DNA from: Nanobdellota archaeon
Lineage (GTDB): Archaea > Nanobdellota > Nanobdellia > Woesearchaeales > GW2011-AR4
Reading direction: 5' to 3'
NCBI GenBank assembly: GCA_038046385.1
Contig: JBBSWH010000005.1
Span: forward strand, 68,669 to 132,668
DNA: 64,000 nt
Position numbers and translations under genes: made by a program. Positions 28,480-38,242 of this stretch are shown piece after piece; the first letter of the stretch is position 1, and every line of letters begins with the position of its first letter. A model generated the notes under the pieces. That model was not told the origin of the DNA, did no database searches, and saw nothing but the letters and a program-made list of their open reading frames with translations.

Positions 28480-29625
28480 TTAGCTCAAGCTGACTGTAAC
28501 AAAGCACTGCATGCCCTTGCCAAGTCCAAAAGAGCTTAATCTTTCCCCTGAAGTATAAGAAATCCCTATTTTGCCTTCATTTAAGCCTAAGATTTTTGAC
28601 AATGATGATTTTATCTTTTCTGTATGCGGCTCAAGCTTTGGTTTTCCTGCCTCTATCATTATGCTTATATTGTTTATTGACAGATTCTTCTGCTTCATTT
28701 TTTCCAGAATGGCTTCAAGATATTTTTTGCTGTCGGTTATTCCTTTTTTGAACATGCTGTCTGCATAATAACCAAGTCCCCTTTCTCCAATTGCAGAGCT
28801 TATTGCATTAAAGAGTGCATGCAGGATGATATCTCCATCTGAATTTGCCTCGAATCCGGGTTCGTTTATTTTATATCCGCCAAGAACCAGTTTTTTGTTT
28901 TTATTACTTGTGAAATGATGGCTGTCCTGGCCAAATCCAATTCTGAAATCTGACATTATTTTTTTTGCCATGGCAAAATCATTCGGAGTAGTAATCTTGA
29001 AATTTTCATAGGAACATTCAACGATTTTTACTTTTTTGTTGAGAGCTTCAACAAGCGATACGTCGTCTGTTGCAATTATTTTTTTGTTTCTTGCGTTCTT
29101 GTATGCTTCTGTAAATAACCCATATTGGATACACTGCGGAGTCTGCATCTGCCAGACATCTTTTCTGCTGATTGTCTCTGATGCAAAATTGCCTTTTGTT
29201 CTTTTGATTGTGTCCTTTAATCTGAATGCTGCTGCAGACGCTCCGTGTTTTTTTGCAGCTGCAATGCAATTTTTTATCTCTTCATCTTTTACAAGGGGAT
29301 TGCTGCCGTTATGCACGAGAATTATATCTCTGCTTTTGGCTTTTTTTATCGACATTAATCCGTTATAGACTGAATCCTGGCGCTCTTTTCCGCCTTCAAC
29401 TATATTTTTTATTTTGCCGAGAGTATGCTGTTTTTTTATTTCATTTATTTTTTTGAAATTGATTTTTTGAGAAACTACGGCTATTTCATCTATTGCGCTG
29501 CAGCTCTGGAATTTTTCCAGTGTATGCGCAAGTATCGGCTTATTGTTTATCTCGAGAAAAACTTTATTTGTGTTGCTGTTCATTCGCTTTCCTTTTCCTG
29601 CTGCGACGATTATTGCGAAGTTCAT
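28480..29625 (-). CDS. ispDF: bifunctional IspD-IspF
   Basis: AAGKGKRM, GGKERQDSV, QTPQ, TDD, NFKITT, followed by RIGFGQDSH and SDGDIILHA. Confidence 0.94.
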   Translation of the reverse strand: MNFAIIVAAGKGKRMNSNTNKVFLEINNKPILAHTLEKFQSCSAIDEIAVVSQKINFKKINEIKKQHTLGKIKNIVEGGKERQDSVYNGLMSIKKAKSRDIILVHNGSNPLVKDEEIKNCIAAAKKHGASAAAFRLKDTIKRTKGNFASETISRKDVWQMQTPQCIQYGLFTEAYKNARNKKIIATDDVSLVEALNKKVKIVECSYENFKITTPNDFAMAKKIMSDFRIGFGQDSHHFTSNKNKKLVLGGYKINEPGFEANSDGDIILHALFNAISSAIGERGLGYYADSMFKKGITDSKKYLEAILEKMKQKNLSINNISIMIEAGKPKLEPHTEKIKSSLSKILGLNEGKIGISYTSGERLSSFGLGKGMQCFVTVSLS

Positions 29626-29633
29626 TTTAGAGA

Positions 29634-30794
29634 TTAATTTTTTATTTGTATTTCTTCTTCAATTGTTTTTTTTGTTTCTTCCTTTGTTTTTCTGTCCGTT
29701 TCCAGTATATCCTTCAGGCTTGGATTTTTTATAGTATTGTGACTGTCCATTGCTTTTTTTATCAGCCTTGCAATGTCCAAAAACTTTATTTTGTTATCAA
29801 GAAATGCATGAACTGCTATTTCATTTGCGGCGTTCATCACGCAAGGCAAAGTTCCTCCGATGTTTCCTGCTTCGTATGCATATTTTAAGCACGGAAATCT
29901 TTCCAAATCTGGCTCCCAGAATTCCAAATTTTTTATCTCTTCCAAATTCAATGATTTCTGCATGCTTGAAAATCTTTTTGGATATGACAATGCATACTGT
30001 ATCGGGGTTTTCATGTCCGGCATTCCCAATTGCGCAATTACGGACTTGTCATGAAACTCTACAAGGGAATGTATTATGCTCTGCGGATGAATTACAACTT
30101 TTATTTTATCGTATTCTATATTGTAAAGCCAGTGCGCTTCAATAACTTCAAATCCCTTATTCATCCACGTCGCACTATCAATTGTGATTTTTGCGCCCAT
30201 GCTCCAAGTAGGGTGCTTTAATGCATCTTTTGCATTCACATTTTCCAACTGCTCTTTTGTATGTTTTTTGAAAGGGCCTCCGGAACATGTGATTGTTATT
30301 TTCTCAACTTCATTTATTCTTTCTCCATTTAAGCACTGGAAGATTGCAGAATGTTCAGAATCAATCGGCATCAAATTAATTTGATTTTTTTTTGCTTCCC
30401 CCATTATTATCGAGCCTGCTGCCACCAACGTTTCTTTGTTTGCCAGTGCAATATTCTTCTTTGCCCTTATTGCGTTGTACGTCGGCTCAACTCCAATCGA
30501 TCCTACAAGAGAGTTTATGACTGTGTCTGCTTCCTGCATTGTGGCTATCTTGTTCAATCCCTCAATCCCCGAATAAACTTGGCACGGAGAGAAGTTAAGC
30601 AAATCATCAACCTTGCTTTTGTCCATTATCGCAACTGCTTTTGGCTTAAACTCTTTTATCTGTTTCAGAAGAAGCTCATGGTTTTTGTTTGATGATAATC
30701 CAACAATTTTGAATTCATTCGGGAATTGCCTTACAATATCCAGAGTTTGAGTGCCGATGCTTCCGGTTGATCCTAAAATAGAAATGTGTTTCAT
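29634..30794 (-). CDS. dxr: 1-deoxy-D-xylulose 5-phosphate reductoisomerase
   Basis: LGSTGSIG, LANKETLV, PIDSEHSAIFQ, HPTWSMGAKITIDSA, NAANE. Confidence 0.97.
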   Translation of the reverse strand: MKHISILGSTGSIGTQTLDIVRQFPNEFKIVGLSSNKNHELLLKQIKEFKPKAVAIMDKSKVDDLLNFSPCQVYSGIEGLNKIATMQEADTVINSLVGSIGVEPTYNAIRAKKNIALANKETLVAAGSIIMGEAKKNQINLMPIDSEHSAIFQCLNGERINEVEKITITCSGGPFKKHTKEQLENVNAKDALKHPTWSMGAKITIDSATWMNKGFEVIEAHWLYNIEYDKIKVVIHPQSIIHSLVEFHDKSVIAQLGMPDMKTPIQYALSYPKRFSSMQKSLNLEEIKNLEFWEPDLERFPCLKYAYEAGNIGGTLPCVMNAANEIAVHAFLDNKIKFLDIARLIKKAMDSHNTIKNPSLKDILETDRKTKEETKKTIEEEIQIKN

Positions 30795-31861
30795 CTTTCC
30801 TGTGCAATCTCTTTAATCTCCTTCAGAAGAACTTCCATGATTTCGCTGTCGTTTATCCTTCTGACTATTTTTCCATGCTTGTACAGCAGGTGATTTCCCG
30901 GTGCGCCAACAATTCCAAGGTCTGCTTTTTTGCTTTCTCCCGGGCCGTTTACAGCGCAGCCCATTATCGCAATATGAACCGGCTTTTTCATCTTTTCTGT
31001 TGCGCCTTCAAGCTGTTCAACAAGCTTTATGACATCAACTTCTGTTCTTGCGCACGTCGGGCAGGATGTGATTTGAACGCCGTCGTTTCTTAATCCCAAT
31101 GATCTTAAAATGTATTTTGCTGTTTTTATTTCTTCTTTTGGATCTTCAGACAATGAAACACGTATTGTGTCGCCGATGCCTTCTGAAAGCAGCATTCCCA
31201 TTCCCATTGCAGATTTTATTGCGCCAGGCAATTTTGATCCTGCTTCTGTAACACCAAGATGCAAAGGATAATCTGTTTTTGCTGCAAACATCCTGTATGC
31301 CTGCACCATCCTTGGAACATCTGAAGCTTTCAATGAAACAATTGTATTGTAAAAATCCAAATCCTCAAGAATTTTTATGTGGCGCATTGCGCTTTCTACC
31401 ATCGCTTCTGCCTTGTAACCATATTTTTCAAACAAATCGCGCTCAAGAGATCCAAGGTTAACTCCGATTCTTATCGGAACTCCATAATCTTTGCATGCCT
31501 TAACAACCTGCTGCACCTTGTCAGTGTTTCCGATGTTTCCTGGATTTATGCGTACTTTGTCAACGTACTTTACTGCTTCCAATGCAATCCTGTAGTCAAA
31601 ATGAATATCGACAACAAGAGGGATGCTGATGTTTTCCCTTATTTCCTTCAGAGCTTTTGCAGCTTCCATTGTCGGAGCAGAAACTCTTACTATGTCGCAG
31701 CCGATCTCTTCCAATCCGTGAATCTGTTCAATTGTTGCCTTTGCATCAACAGTATCTGTTGTGGTCATTGACTGGATTGGTATCGGTGCATCTCCACCGA
31801 TGAACAGTTTTCCGACTTTTACTTTGCGGGATTTCCTTCTGATGATGGTGTCTTGAATCAT
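30791..31861 (-). CDS. ispG: HMBPP synthase
   Basis: QSMTTT, DIHFDY, RINPGN, HLGVTEAG, GDTIRVSL, SCPTCAR, MGCAVNGPGE. Confidence 0.97.
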   Translation of the reverse strand: MIQDTIIRRKSRKVKVGKLFIGGDAPIPIQSMTTTDTVDAKATIEQIHGLEEIGCDIVRVSAPTMEAAKALKEIRENISIPLVVDIHFDYRIALEAVKYVDKVRINPGNIGNTDKVQQVVKACKDYGVPIRIGVNLGSLERDLFEKYGYKAEAMVESAMRHIKILEDLDFYNTIVSLKASDVPRMVQAYRMFAAKTDYPLHLGVTEAGSKLPGAIKSAMGMGMLLSEGIGDTIRVSLSEDPKEEIKTAKYILRSLGLRNDGVQITSCPTCARTEVDVIKLVEQLEGATEKMKKPVHIAIMGCAVNGPGESKKADLGIVGAPGNHLLYKHGKIVRRINDSEIMEVLLKEIKEIAQER

Positions 31862-31893
31862 TTTATTTGTAGTTTATTTATTTTAAAATTTAA

Positions 31894-31944
31894 TTCCGTG
31901 CTTCGCACAGACTTTACAGCTCGCTGGCACCATAACCAGCTCGC
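31894..31944. repeat. intergenic double-hairpin repeat, copy C
   Basis: ttccGTGCttcGCACa...gctcgctggcaccataaccagctcgc. Confidence 0.8.
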
Positions 31945-31968
31945 AAATTAATTATAAAGATTATAAAA

Positions 31969-33951
31969 CTATTTTGCTAAAAACTCCGAGATTGATTTTT
32001 TTATTCCGTCTTTATCTATTCCTATAAGTTTTTTCTGAATATCCGGTCTTCCGTGCTCGATGAATTCATCAGGGATTCCAACCATCTTCAGCTCTGATTT
32101 TATTCCGTTTTTCTCCAATAGTTCAAGAACTGCGCTTCCAAATCCTCCTGTTACGGTTGATTCCTCAAGTGTTATTATTTTCTTGAATTTTTTAGCGTAT
32201 GCTATAATTGTTTTTTCATCGAGAGGCTTTACAAATCTTGCATTTATTATTGAAGCATTGCAGCCAAGCTCTTCTGATGCCCTCATCGCGTCATAAAGTA
32301 TCTGGCCTACTCCAATTATCAGTATGTCTTTTCCCTTTTTCATTATTTCAGCTTTTCCAATCTCAAACTTTTTCATTTCCTGGTCGATTGCAACTCCGAC
32401 TCCGTTTCCCCTAGGATATCTTATTGCACTCGGTCCATTTATGAGTGTGGCTGTGTAGAGCATGTGCTGCAGCTCATTCTCGTCTTTTGGAACCATTATT
32501 GTCATGTTAGGTATTATTCTCAAGAATGCTGTGTCAAATGGTCCGTTGTGCGTCGGGCCATCATCTCCAACCAATCCTGCGCGATCCATTGCAAAAATAA
32601 CAGGCAATTTTTGAAGTGCAACATCGTGGATTATCATGTCATATGCTCTCTGCAAAAATGTAGAATAGATTGCGCACACCGGCTTCATTCCGCTTATTGC
32701 GAGGCCTGCTGCAAATGTGACTGCGTGCTGCTCCGCGATTCCAACATCAATTGTCCTTTCCGGGAAAAATTTCTCAAATTTATTTAATCCTGTGCCTGAT
32801 TTCATCGCGGCCGTTATTGCAACGATTTTTTCGTCGTTTGCGGCAACTTTTATCATTGCATTTGCAAAAGCGTCTGTGTAAGTTATGATATTGCTTTTTG
32901 CCGGATGTTTTTTTCCTGATTCGATGTCGAACGGGCTCATGCCGTGGCACTTATCGATGTCCTCGTTTGCAAATTTGAATCCTTTTCCTTTTTCTGTTTT
33001 TACGTGCAGTAGCACCGGCCCTTCCAGATTTTTTATGTTTTGCAAAGCAGGTATAAGTTCGTTAAGGTTGTGGCCGTCAATAGGCCCGTAGTACTGAAAC
33101 CCTAAACTTTCAAAGAATGATCCTTCGCTTGTGATTGTTCTTAATCGCTCCTGCACCTTGAAAACCCTTCCAAGCTCCTCTTCACCCATGCCCGGAATTC
33201 TTTCAAGAAGATTTCTTGTTCCCTTCCTTAGCTTGAAGTAGCTTTTATTGAGCACAATCCTGTTAAGATAGTTTGAAATTGCCCCTACGTTCGGAGAAAT
33301 ACTCATGCGATTGTCATTCAATATTACAAGCATACTTGTTTTCAGGTATCCTGTATTGTTTAAGCCTTCAAAAGCAAGCCCTGCTGTAAGAGCGCCGTCG
33401 CCAATGATTGCAACAACCTTGTGATTTTCTTTTTTGTAATCGCGCGCTTTTGCCATTCCCAAAGCTGCAGAAATTGAAGTTGAAGCGTGGCCTGCGCCAA
33501 AGGAGTCATATTCTGATTCAAAAATATTGCAAAACCCGCATACCCCCTTATACTGCCTTAACGTATGGAACTTGTCTTTTCTTCCTGTCACAAGCTTGTG
33601 AGTATAGCTCTGATGGCCCGTATCAATCACTATCTTATCCTTTGGGGTATTGAAAACATAATGAACAGCAAGTGTTAATTCTACTGTTCCTAATGGACCG
33701 CCCAAGTGACCGCCGGTTTGAGAGACTGTGTCTATGATTTTGTCCCTGATGTTTTGTGCAAGAATTGGAAGTTCTTCTACCTTTAATTTCTTAAGGTCTT
33801 TTGGAGAGTTTACCTTGTTGAGGAGGTTTATTTTAATCTTTGAGGATTGATTAGGGATTACCTGCAATTGCTCAGCAATAAGATTACTCTGAGACTTCTT
33901 AGATGAAAGCAATTTGTTTAAAGGCTTTTTTTTACTCATCACACACCCCAA
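31969..33951 (-). CDS. dxs: 1-deoxy-D-xylulose 5-phosphate synthase
   Basis: GGHLG, GHQSYTHK, GHASTSIS, GDGALT..., GIAEQHAV, DRAGLVGDDGPTH, IRYPRG; exact start uncertain. Confidence 0.96.
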   Translation of the reverse strand: MGCVMSKKKPLNKLLSSKKSQSNLIAEQLQVIPNQSSKIKINLLNKVNSPKDLKKLKVEELPILAQNIRDKIIDTVSQTGGHLGGPLGTVELTLAVHYVFNTPKDKIVIDTGHQSYTHKLVTGRKDKFHTLRQYKGVCGFCNIFESEYDSFGAGHASTSISAALGMAKARDYKKENHKVVAIIGDGALTAGLAFEGLNNTGYLKTSMLVILNDNRMSISPNVGAISNYLNRIVLNKSYFKLRKGTRNLLERIPGMGEEELGRVFKVQERLRTITSEGSFFESLGFQYYGPIDGHNLNELIPALQNIKNLEGPVLLHVKTEKGKGFKFANEDIDKCHGMSPFDIESGKKHPAKSNIITYTDAFANAMIKVAANDEKIVAITAAMKSGTGLNKFEKFFPERTIDVGIAEQHAVTFAAGLAISGMKPVCAIYSTFLQRAYDMIIHDVALQKLPVIFAMDRAGLVGDDGPTHNGPFDTAFLRIIPNMTIMVPKDENELQHMLYTATLINGPSAIRYPRGNGVGVAIDQEMKKFEIGKAEIMKKGKDILIIGVGQILYDAMRASEELGCNASIINARFVKPLDEKTIIAYAKKFKKIITLEESTVTGGFGSAVLELLEKNGIKSELKMVGIPDEFIEHGRPDIQKKLIGIDKDGIKKSISEFLAK

Positions 33952-34021
33952 GACATGAAGTTTAATTATGATTTATAAAGGTTATGGAAGATGAAAATTT
34001 GCTGGGATTTGGCTTCGTTTC

Positions 34022-34136
34022 GGTTAGCATCGGCTCAGGCTATCTGTATTCTTAAATTAGTTGGCATCCCCGTAAGGGACTTCCCCCTGCCAACTTATCT
34101 ACATTAGTAAAATGCCTTCGCATATTGATGCTAACC
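34022..34136. ncRNA. unassigned ~115-nt structured element between dxs and rpl1
   Basis: Closing stem ggttagcatc/gatgctaacc; inner stem agttggca/tgccaact enclosing tccc-cgtaa-ggga. Confidence 0.5.
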
Positions 34137-34233
34137 TTCAAATTAATGCATAAAATGAACCATAACCTTTTTAAATGGCCCAAATATCCTAAAGCTTACC
34201 CGTTAACTTAACTGTTTCGACAGGAGGGAAAAG

Positions 34234-34914
34234 ATGGAAAAAGAACAAATTCAATCAGCATTAACAAAAGCCAAAGACATTTCTGGCAAGAGGAATTTCA
34301 AGCAGACATACGACTTAATCATAAATCTAAAGGGCTTGGACTTAAAGAAGCCAGAGCACCAAGTTGATTTATTCATAGCATTGCCCCATCAAAGAGGCAA
34401 GAAAGTAAGCATATGCGCGCTTGTTGGCCCTGAAATGGAGCAGTCTGCAAAGGCAGCATTTGACATGGCAATTTCTTCAGATAATTTCGTCAAATACAGC
34501 GACAAGAAAGAAATCAAAAAACTTGCAAACTCCTATGACTTTTTCGTTGCTCAGGCAAATATAATGGGAAAGATAGCAACAGCTTTCGGACGTGTTTTTG
34601 GTCCAAGAGGAAAAATGCCGAATCCAAAATCAGGGGGAGTATTTCCGCCAAATGCTAATTTGAAGCCATTGCAAGAAAAATTGCAAATGACAATAAGAGT
34701 TTCTGCAAAGACATCTCCATTGATCCAGTGCCCAATAGGGATGGAAGATATGAAGATGGAACATTTAACAGATAATGCAATGACAATCTATAATGCAATA
34801 CTTCACGCACTTCCAAACGAGAAGCACAACATAAAAGACGCTTACATCAAGCTTACAATGGGCAAGCCGGTAAAGCTTGGAGAAAAACTAGAGGCTGTAA
34901 AGGAGCACAAGTAA
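34234..34914 (+). CDS. rpl1: 50S ribosomal protein uL1
   Basis: KRNFKQTYDLIINLK, GPRGKMP, IKLTMG. Confidence 0.96.
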   Translation: MEKEQIQSALTKAKDISGKRNFKQTYDLIINLKGLDLKKPEHQVDLFIALPHQRGKKVSICALVGPEMEQSAKAAFDMAISSDNFVKYSDKKEIKKLANSYDFFVAQANIMGKIATAFGRVFGPRGKMPNPKSGGVFPPNANLKPLQEKLQMTIRVSAKTSPLIQCPIGMEDMKMEHLTDNAMTIYNAILHALPNEKHNIKDAYIKLTMGKPVKLGEKLEAVKEHK

Positions 34915-34915
34915 A

Positions 34916-35773
34916 ATGGAACAGGCTCACGTTGCGGAATACAAGAAAGAGATTGTAACCAGCCTAGTCAAACTCATAAACCAGTACCCTATAGTCGGAA
35001 TTGTAAATATGGAAAACTTGCCAGCGCCACAGCTGCAGGCAATGAGGGCCCAATTAAGAGGCAACTTCCACCTTACAATGACCAAGAGAAGGCTGATAAA
35101 ACTTGCATTTGAACAGGCAAAATCGACAAAAAAGGGAATCGAGCAGCTTGAAAACCATCTTGGCGGAATGCCGGCTTTGATATTTACAAAAGAAAATCCA
35201 TTCAAATTAAGCAGAACCTTGCAAAGAAGCAAGTCACCTGCGCCTGCAAAAGCAGGGCAGACTGCTCCAAGGGATATCGTAGTCCAGAAGGGATCAACTT
35301 CATTCGCACCTGGCCCAATCATAGGAGAGCTTGCAATGGCAGGCATTAAATCAGGAGTTGAAGGCGGAAAAGTTGCAATCAAAGAAGATTCCATAGTGGC
35401 AAGAGCTGGCGAGAAAATCAAGCCAAAGGTTGCAGAAATATTAACGAGACTTGGTGTACAGCCAATGGAAGTCGGCCTTGATCTTGTTGCTGTTTACGAA
35501 AACGGCATAATTTACGGAAGAGATATACTGTCGGTTGATGAGAAAGAGTACAAGCTGAGATTAAACAACGCAGCAAGATGGTCATTCAACCTTGCAGTAT
35601 TCGCAGCATATCCTACAAAGTTAACAATCCCAGTTTTAATAGGAAAGGCAAGCAACGAAGCCAAAGCGGTTGGAGTTGAGGCCAAGATATTGGAAAAGGG
35701 AATAATAGAAACGCTTGTTGGAAAAGCTGACGCGCAAATGAAGAGCGTCAAGTCAACGGCAAACTTAGAGTAA
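34916..35773 (+). CDS. rpl10: 50S ribosomal protein uL10 (P0)
   Basis: HVAEYK, PAPQLQAMR, PAKAGQTAP, FAPGP, LGVQP. Confidence 0.96.
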   Translation: MEQAHVAEYKKEIVTSLVKLINQYPIVGIVNMENLPAPQLQAMRAQLRGNFHLTMTKRRLIKLAFEQAKSTKKGIEQLENHLGGMPALIFTKENPFKLSRTLQRSKSPAPAKAGQTAPRDIVVQKGSTSFAPGPIIGELAMAGIKSGVEGGKVAIKEDSIVARAGEKIKPKVAEILTRLGVQPMEVGLDLVAVYENGIIYGRDILSVDEKEYKLRLNNAARWSFNLAVFAAYPTKLTIPVLIGKASNEAKAVGVEAKILEKGIIETLVGKADAQMKSVKSTANLE

Positions 35774-35796
35774 TCATAACTATTAAAATAATTTAA

Positions 35797-35896
35797 TTCC
35801 GTCGCCCACGAAAATCATTGATTTTCGGGGCCCAGAAAATTTATAATTTTCTTGGGCTTCGCGACAAAAATTAGGCGGCCCACATTGGCCGCAAAT
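35797..35896. repeat. intergenic double-hairpin repeat, copy D, with two inserted GAAAAT/ATTTTC hairpins
   Basis: ttccgtcgc[...cgaaaatcattgattttcg...agaaaatttataattttct...]gcttcgcgaca...gcggcc-cacatt-ggccgc-aaat. Confidence 0.65.
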
Positions 35897-35928
35897 ATAT
35901 AAATTAAGTTAACTAGGAGGTAAACAAA

Positions 35929-36240
35929 ATGGAATACGTGTATGCAGCAATGTTGCTTCACAAAGCAGGGCAGAAAGTTGAAGAAGCTTCTGTAAAGAAA
36001 GTGCTAGAGGCAGCCCACGTCAAAGTTGACGAGGCAAGAGCTAAGGCATTAGTAGCAGCTTTGGAAGGAGTCAACATAGAAGAAGCTATAGAAAAAGCAG
36101 CAGTTGCACAGGTTGCAGCAGCACCAGCAGCATCCGGAGAGCACAAGCACGAAGGAAAGGCTGACCACAACAAAAAAGCAGCAGAAGAGAAGAAATCAGA
36201 AGAATCTGCAGCAGCTGGTCTTGGCGCTTTGTTCGGATAA
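35929..36240 (+). CDS. rpl12: 50S ribosomal protein P1/L12
   Basis: [11 protein letters not shown]...[10 protein letters not shown]; GGAGGT SD. Confidence 0.97.
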   Translation: MEYVYAAMLLHKAGQKVEEASVKKVLEAAHVKVDEARAKALVAALEGVNIEEAIEKAAVAQVAAAPAASGEHKHEGKADHNKKAAEEKKSEESAAAGLGALFG

Positions 36241-36269
36241 GCTTATGCTGACAAAGGGAAAGCAAGTTC

Positions 36270-37160
36270 ATGACATCACAGCAAAAAGAGCTAGTTGCAG
36301 AACTGCAAAAGTTTAGGGAAGAAGTATCCTCGCTTAGAGGTACTCTCGATTCCTTAAATAATGAAAAAGAATCTTTCTTTCATAAAAAAGATGAAGCTTC
36401 AAAAAGAATAAAGGAGCTTATCGGCAAGATAAAAGACGTCAAGGACAAAAGAGACTCTTTCACAAAGGAAGTAAAAGACCTTAAAGTGAAAAGAGACGAA
36501 TTAAACAAGCTAATTTCTGAAAAATCAACTGTTTTAAATAAGATAAAGAAAGAAAAGGATTCAATTCTTGGTTCGCTTGACATGAAGGAGTCTCCTTCAA
36601 GGATAAAACAGCAGATGGAAAAACTGGAATTCACGATTGAAACAGAGGCTATTTCTTTTACTAAGGAAAGAGAGATAATGAAAAAGATAAAGGGGCTTAG
36701 AAAAGAATATGATAACTGCAGCGTTCTTGATTCTTTCAGCAAAAAAATAAGGGAAGTCGCATCTGAATTAAGCGAACTGAAAAAAGAATCAAACATCATT
36801 CACAGGAATGTGCAGGAAAAGGCAAAGATGAGCCAGACAATGCACGAGGAAATTCTGAAACTTTCTCCAGAAATTGACAAGCTGAGATCAGAAGAAAAAG
36901 AAGCTTTTGAGAAATTCTCTGAGCTTAAGAAGCAGTTTCACGATGCCAATGACGGCCTGAAAGGAAAACTCAAGCCGATGAATGAGATAAGGGGCGAGCT
37001 TGACAAGATAAAAGGCGAAAGAATCGATAAAAGAAGGCATGATGAAGAATCTCTTTTGAAAAGCATGGAAGACAAAATCAATGAGAAAATCAAAAAAAGG
37101 CAGAAATTAACAACAGAAGATTTGATTGCTTTCCAGGGAATTAAAAGAAAAGAAGATTAA
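36270..37160 (+). CDS. archaeal coiled-coil protein (COG1340-like)
   Basis: Heptad-rich K/E sequence, LEFTIETEA, C-terminal KLTTEDL. Confidence 0.8.
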   Translation: MTSQQKELVAELQKFREEVSSLRGTLDSLNNEKESFFHKKDEASKRIKELIGKIKDVKDKRDSFTKEVKDLKVKRDELNKLISEKSTVLNKIKKEKDSILGSLDMKESPSRIKQQMEKLEFTIETEAISFTKEREIMKKIKGLRKEYDNCSVLDSFSKKIREVASELSELKKESNIIHRNVQEKAKMSQTMHEEILKLSPEIDKLRSEEKEAFEKFSELKKQFHDANDGLKGKLKPMNEIRGELDKIKGERIDKRRHDEESLLKSMEDKINEKIKKRQKLTTEDLIAFQGIKRKED

Positions 37161-37184
37161 TCCCGAAAAGCGGAGATTTCCGAT

Positions 37185-38138
37185 ATGAAAAAAATTCTTG
37201 TGACAGGCGCAGCAGGCCAAATCGGGTCAGAATTGGTGCCGAAGTTAAGAGAGCTGTATGGGAATGAAAATGTTATTGCATCAGACCTTGGCACGAAGTC
37301 CAATGAAGAGCTGAAAAACGGCATTTTCATCAATGTTGATGTCACAAATTTTAATGAGATTGACGGCGCAATAAAAAAACATAATATTGGAAAAATATTC
37401 CATCTTTCTTCTATATTATCTTCGCTGGGAGAGCAAAAGCCCCAGTTGGCTTACAGTGTTAATTTTGACGGCTTATACAATATACTTGAAGCATCAAGAT
37501 TAAATAATATTGAGAAATTGATTGTTCCAAGCTCTATAGCCGCTTTCGGGCCTGAAACCCCTCGAATAGATACACCTGATGATACTATCCAGAAGCCAAC
37601 AACCATATACGGAATTTCAAAAGTTTTTGGAGAATTGATGGGCAATTATTATTTTAGAAAGTTTGGGCTTGATGTAAGAGGAGTTCGTTTTCCCGGAATA
37701 ATAAGCTGGAAAACAGAGCCGACAGCAGGAACAACTGATTACGCTGTTGCCATTTTCTATGAAGCAATAAGTAAAAATCCATACCCTTGCTATCTTGGAC
37801 CAAATACGAGGCTTCCGATGATGTACATGCCAGACGCAATAAAAGCATTGGTTGATTTGGAAAAGGCTAATGTAAAAATGCTGAAAAATCAAGCGGTATT
37901 CAATGTTGCTGCAATGAGCTTTACTCCGGAAGATATTGCAAAAGAGATAAGAAAAAGGATTCCTAACTTTAAGCTTACTTATGAAATTGACCCAAGAAGG
38001 CAGGCAATTGCAGACTCGTGGCCGGAATCGCTGGATGATTCTGAAGCAAGAAAGCAATGGAATTGGAAACCGGACTGGAATATCGGCGCAATGACAGATG
38101 ACATGCTTTCCAATTTAAAGAGGAAACTTAAACAATAA
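37185..38138 (+). CDS. tdh: SDR-type L-threonine 3-dehydrogenase
   Basis: GAAGQIG, PSSIAAFG, YGISK, GTTDYAV, IADSWP; adjacent to kbl. Confidence 0.88.
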   Translation: MKKILVTGAAGQIGSELVPKLRELYGNENVIASDLGTKSNEELKNGIFINVDVTNFNEIDGAIKKHNIGKIFHLSSILSSLGEQKPQLAYSVNFDGLYNILEASRLNNIEKLIVPSSIAAFGPETPRIDTPDDTIQKPTTIYGISKVFGELMGNYYFRKFGLDVRGVRFPGIISWKTEPTAGTTDYAVAIFYEAISKNPYPCYLGPNTRLPMMYMPDAIKALVDLEKANVKMLKNQAVFNVAAMSFTPEDIAKEIRKRIPNFKLTYEIDPRRQAIADSWPESLDDSEARKQWNWKPDWNIGAMTDDMLSNLKRKLKQ

Positions 38139-38242
38139 AATTTAAATTATCCATTGTTTATGTGATAAAAATATAAATAAGTTAAATTTTAAGTGTCAAA
38201 AATCACAGAATTATAATTAAAAAATATTAGGTAATTTTTGAA

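Noticed and set aside
34022-34136. TPP riboswitch for dxs, or 5S rRNA
   Set aside because: Lacks the CUGAGA/AUACC TPP core and 5S consensus motifs, and dxs has its own TATA box downstream of it.
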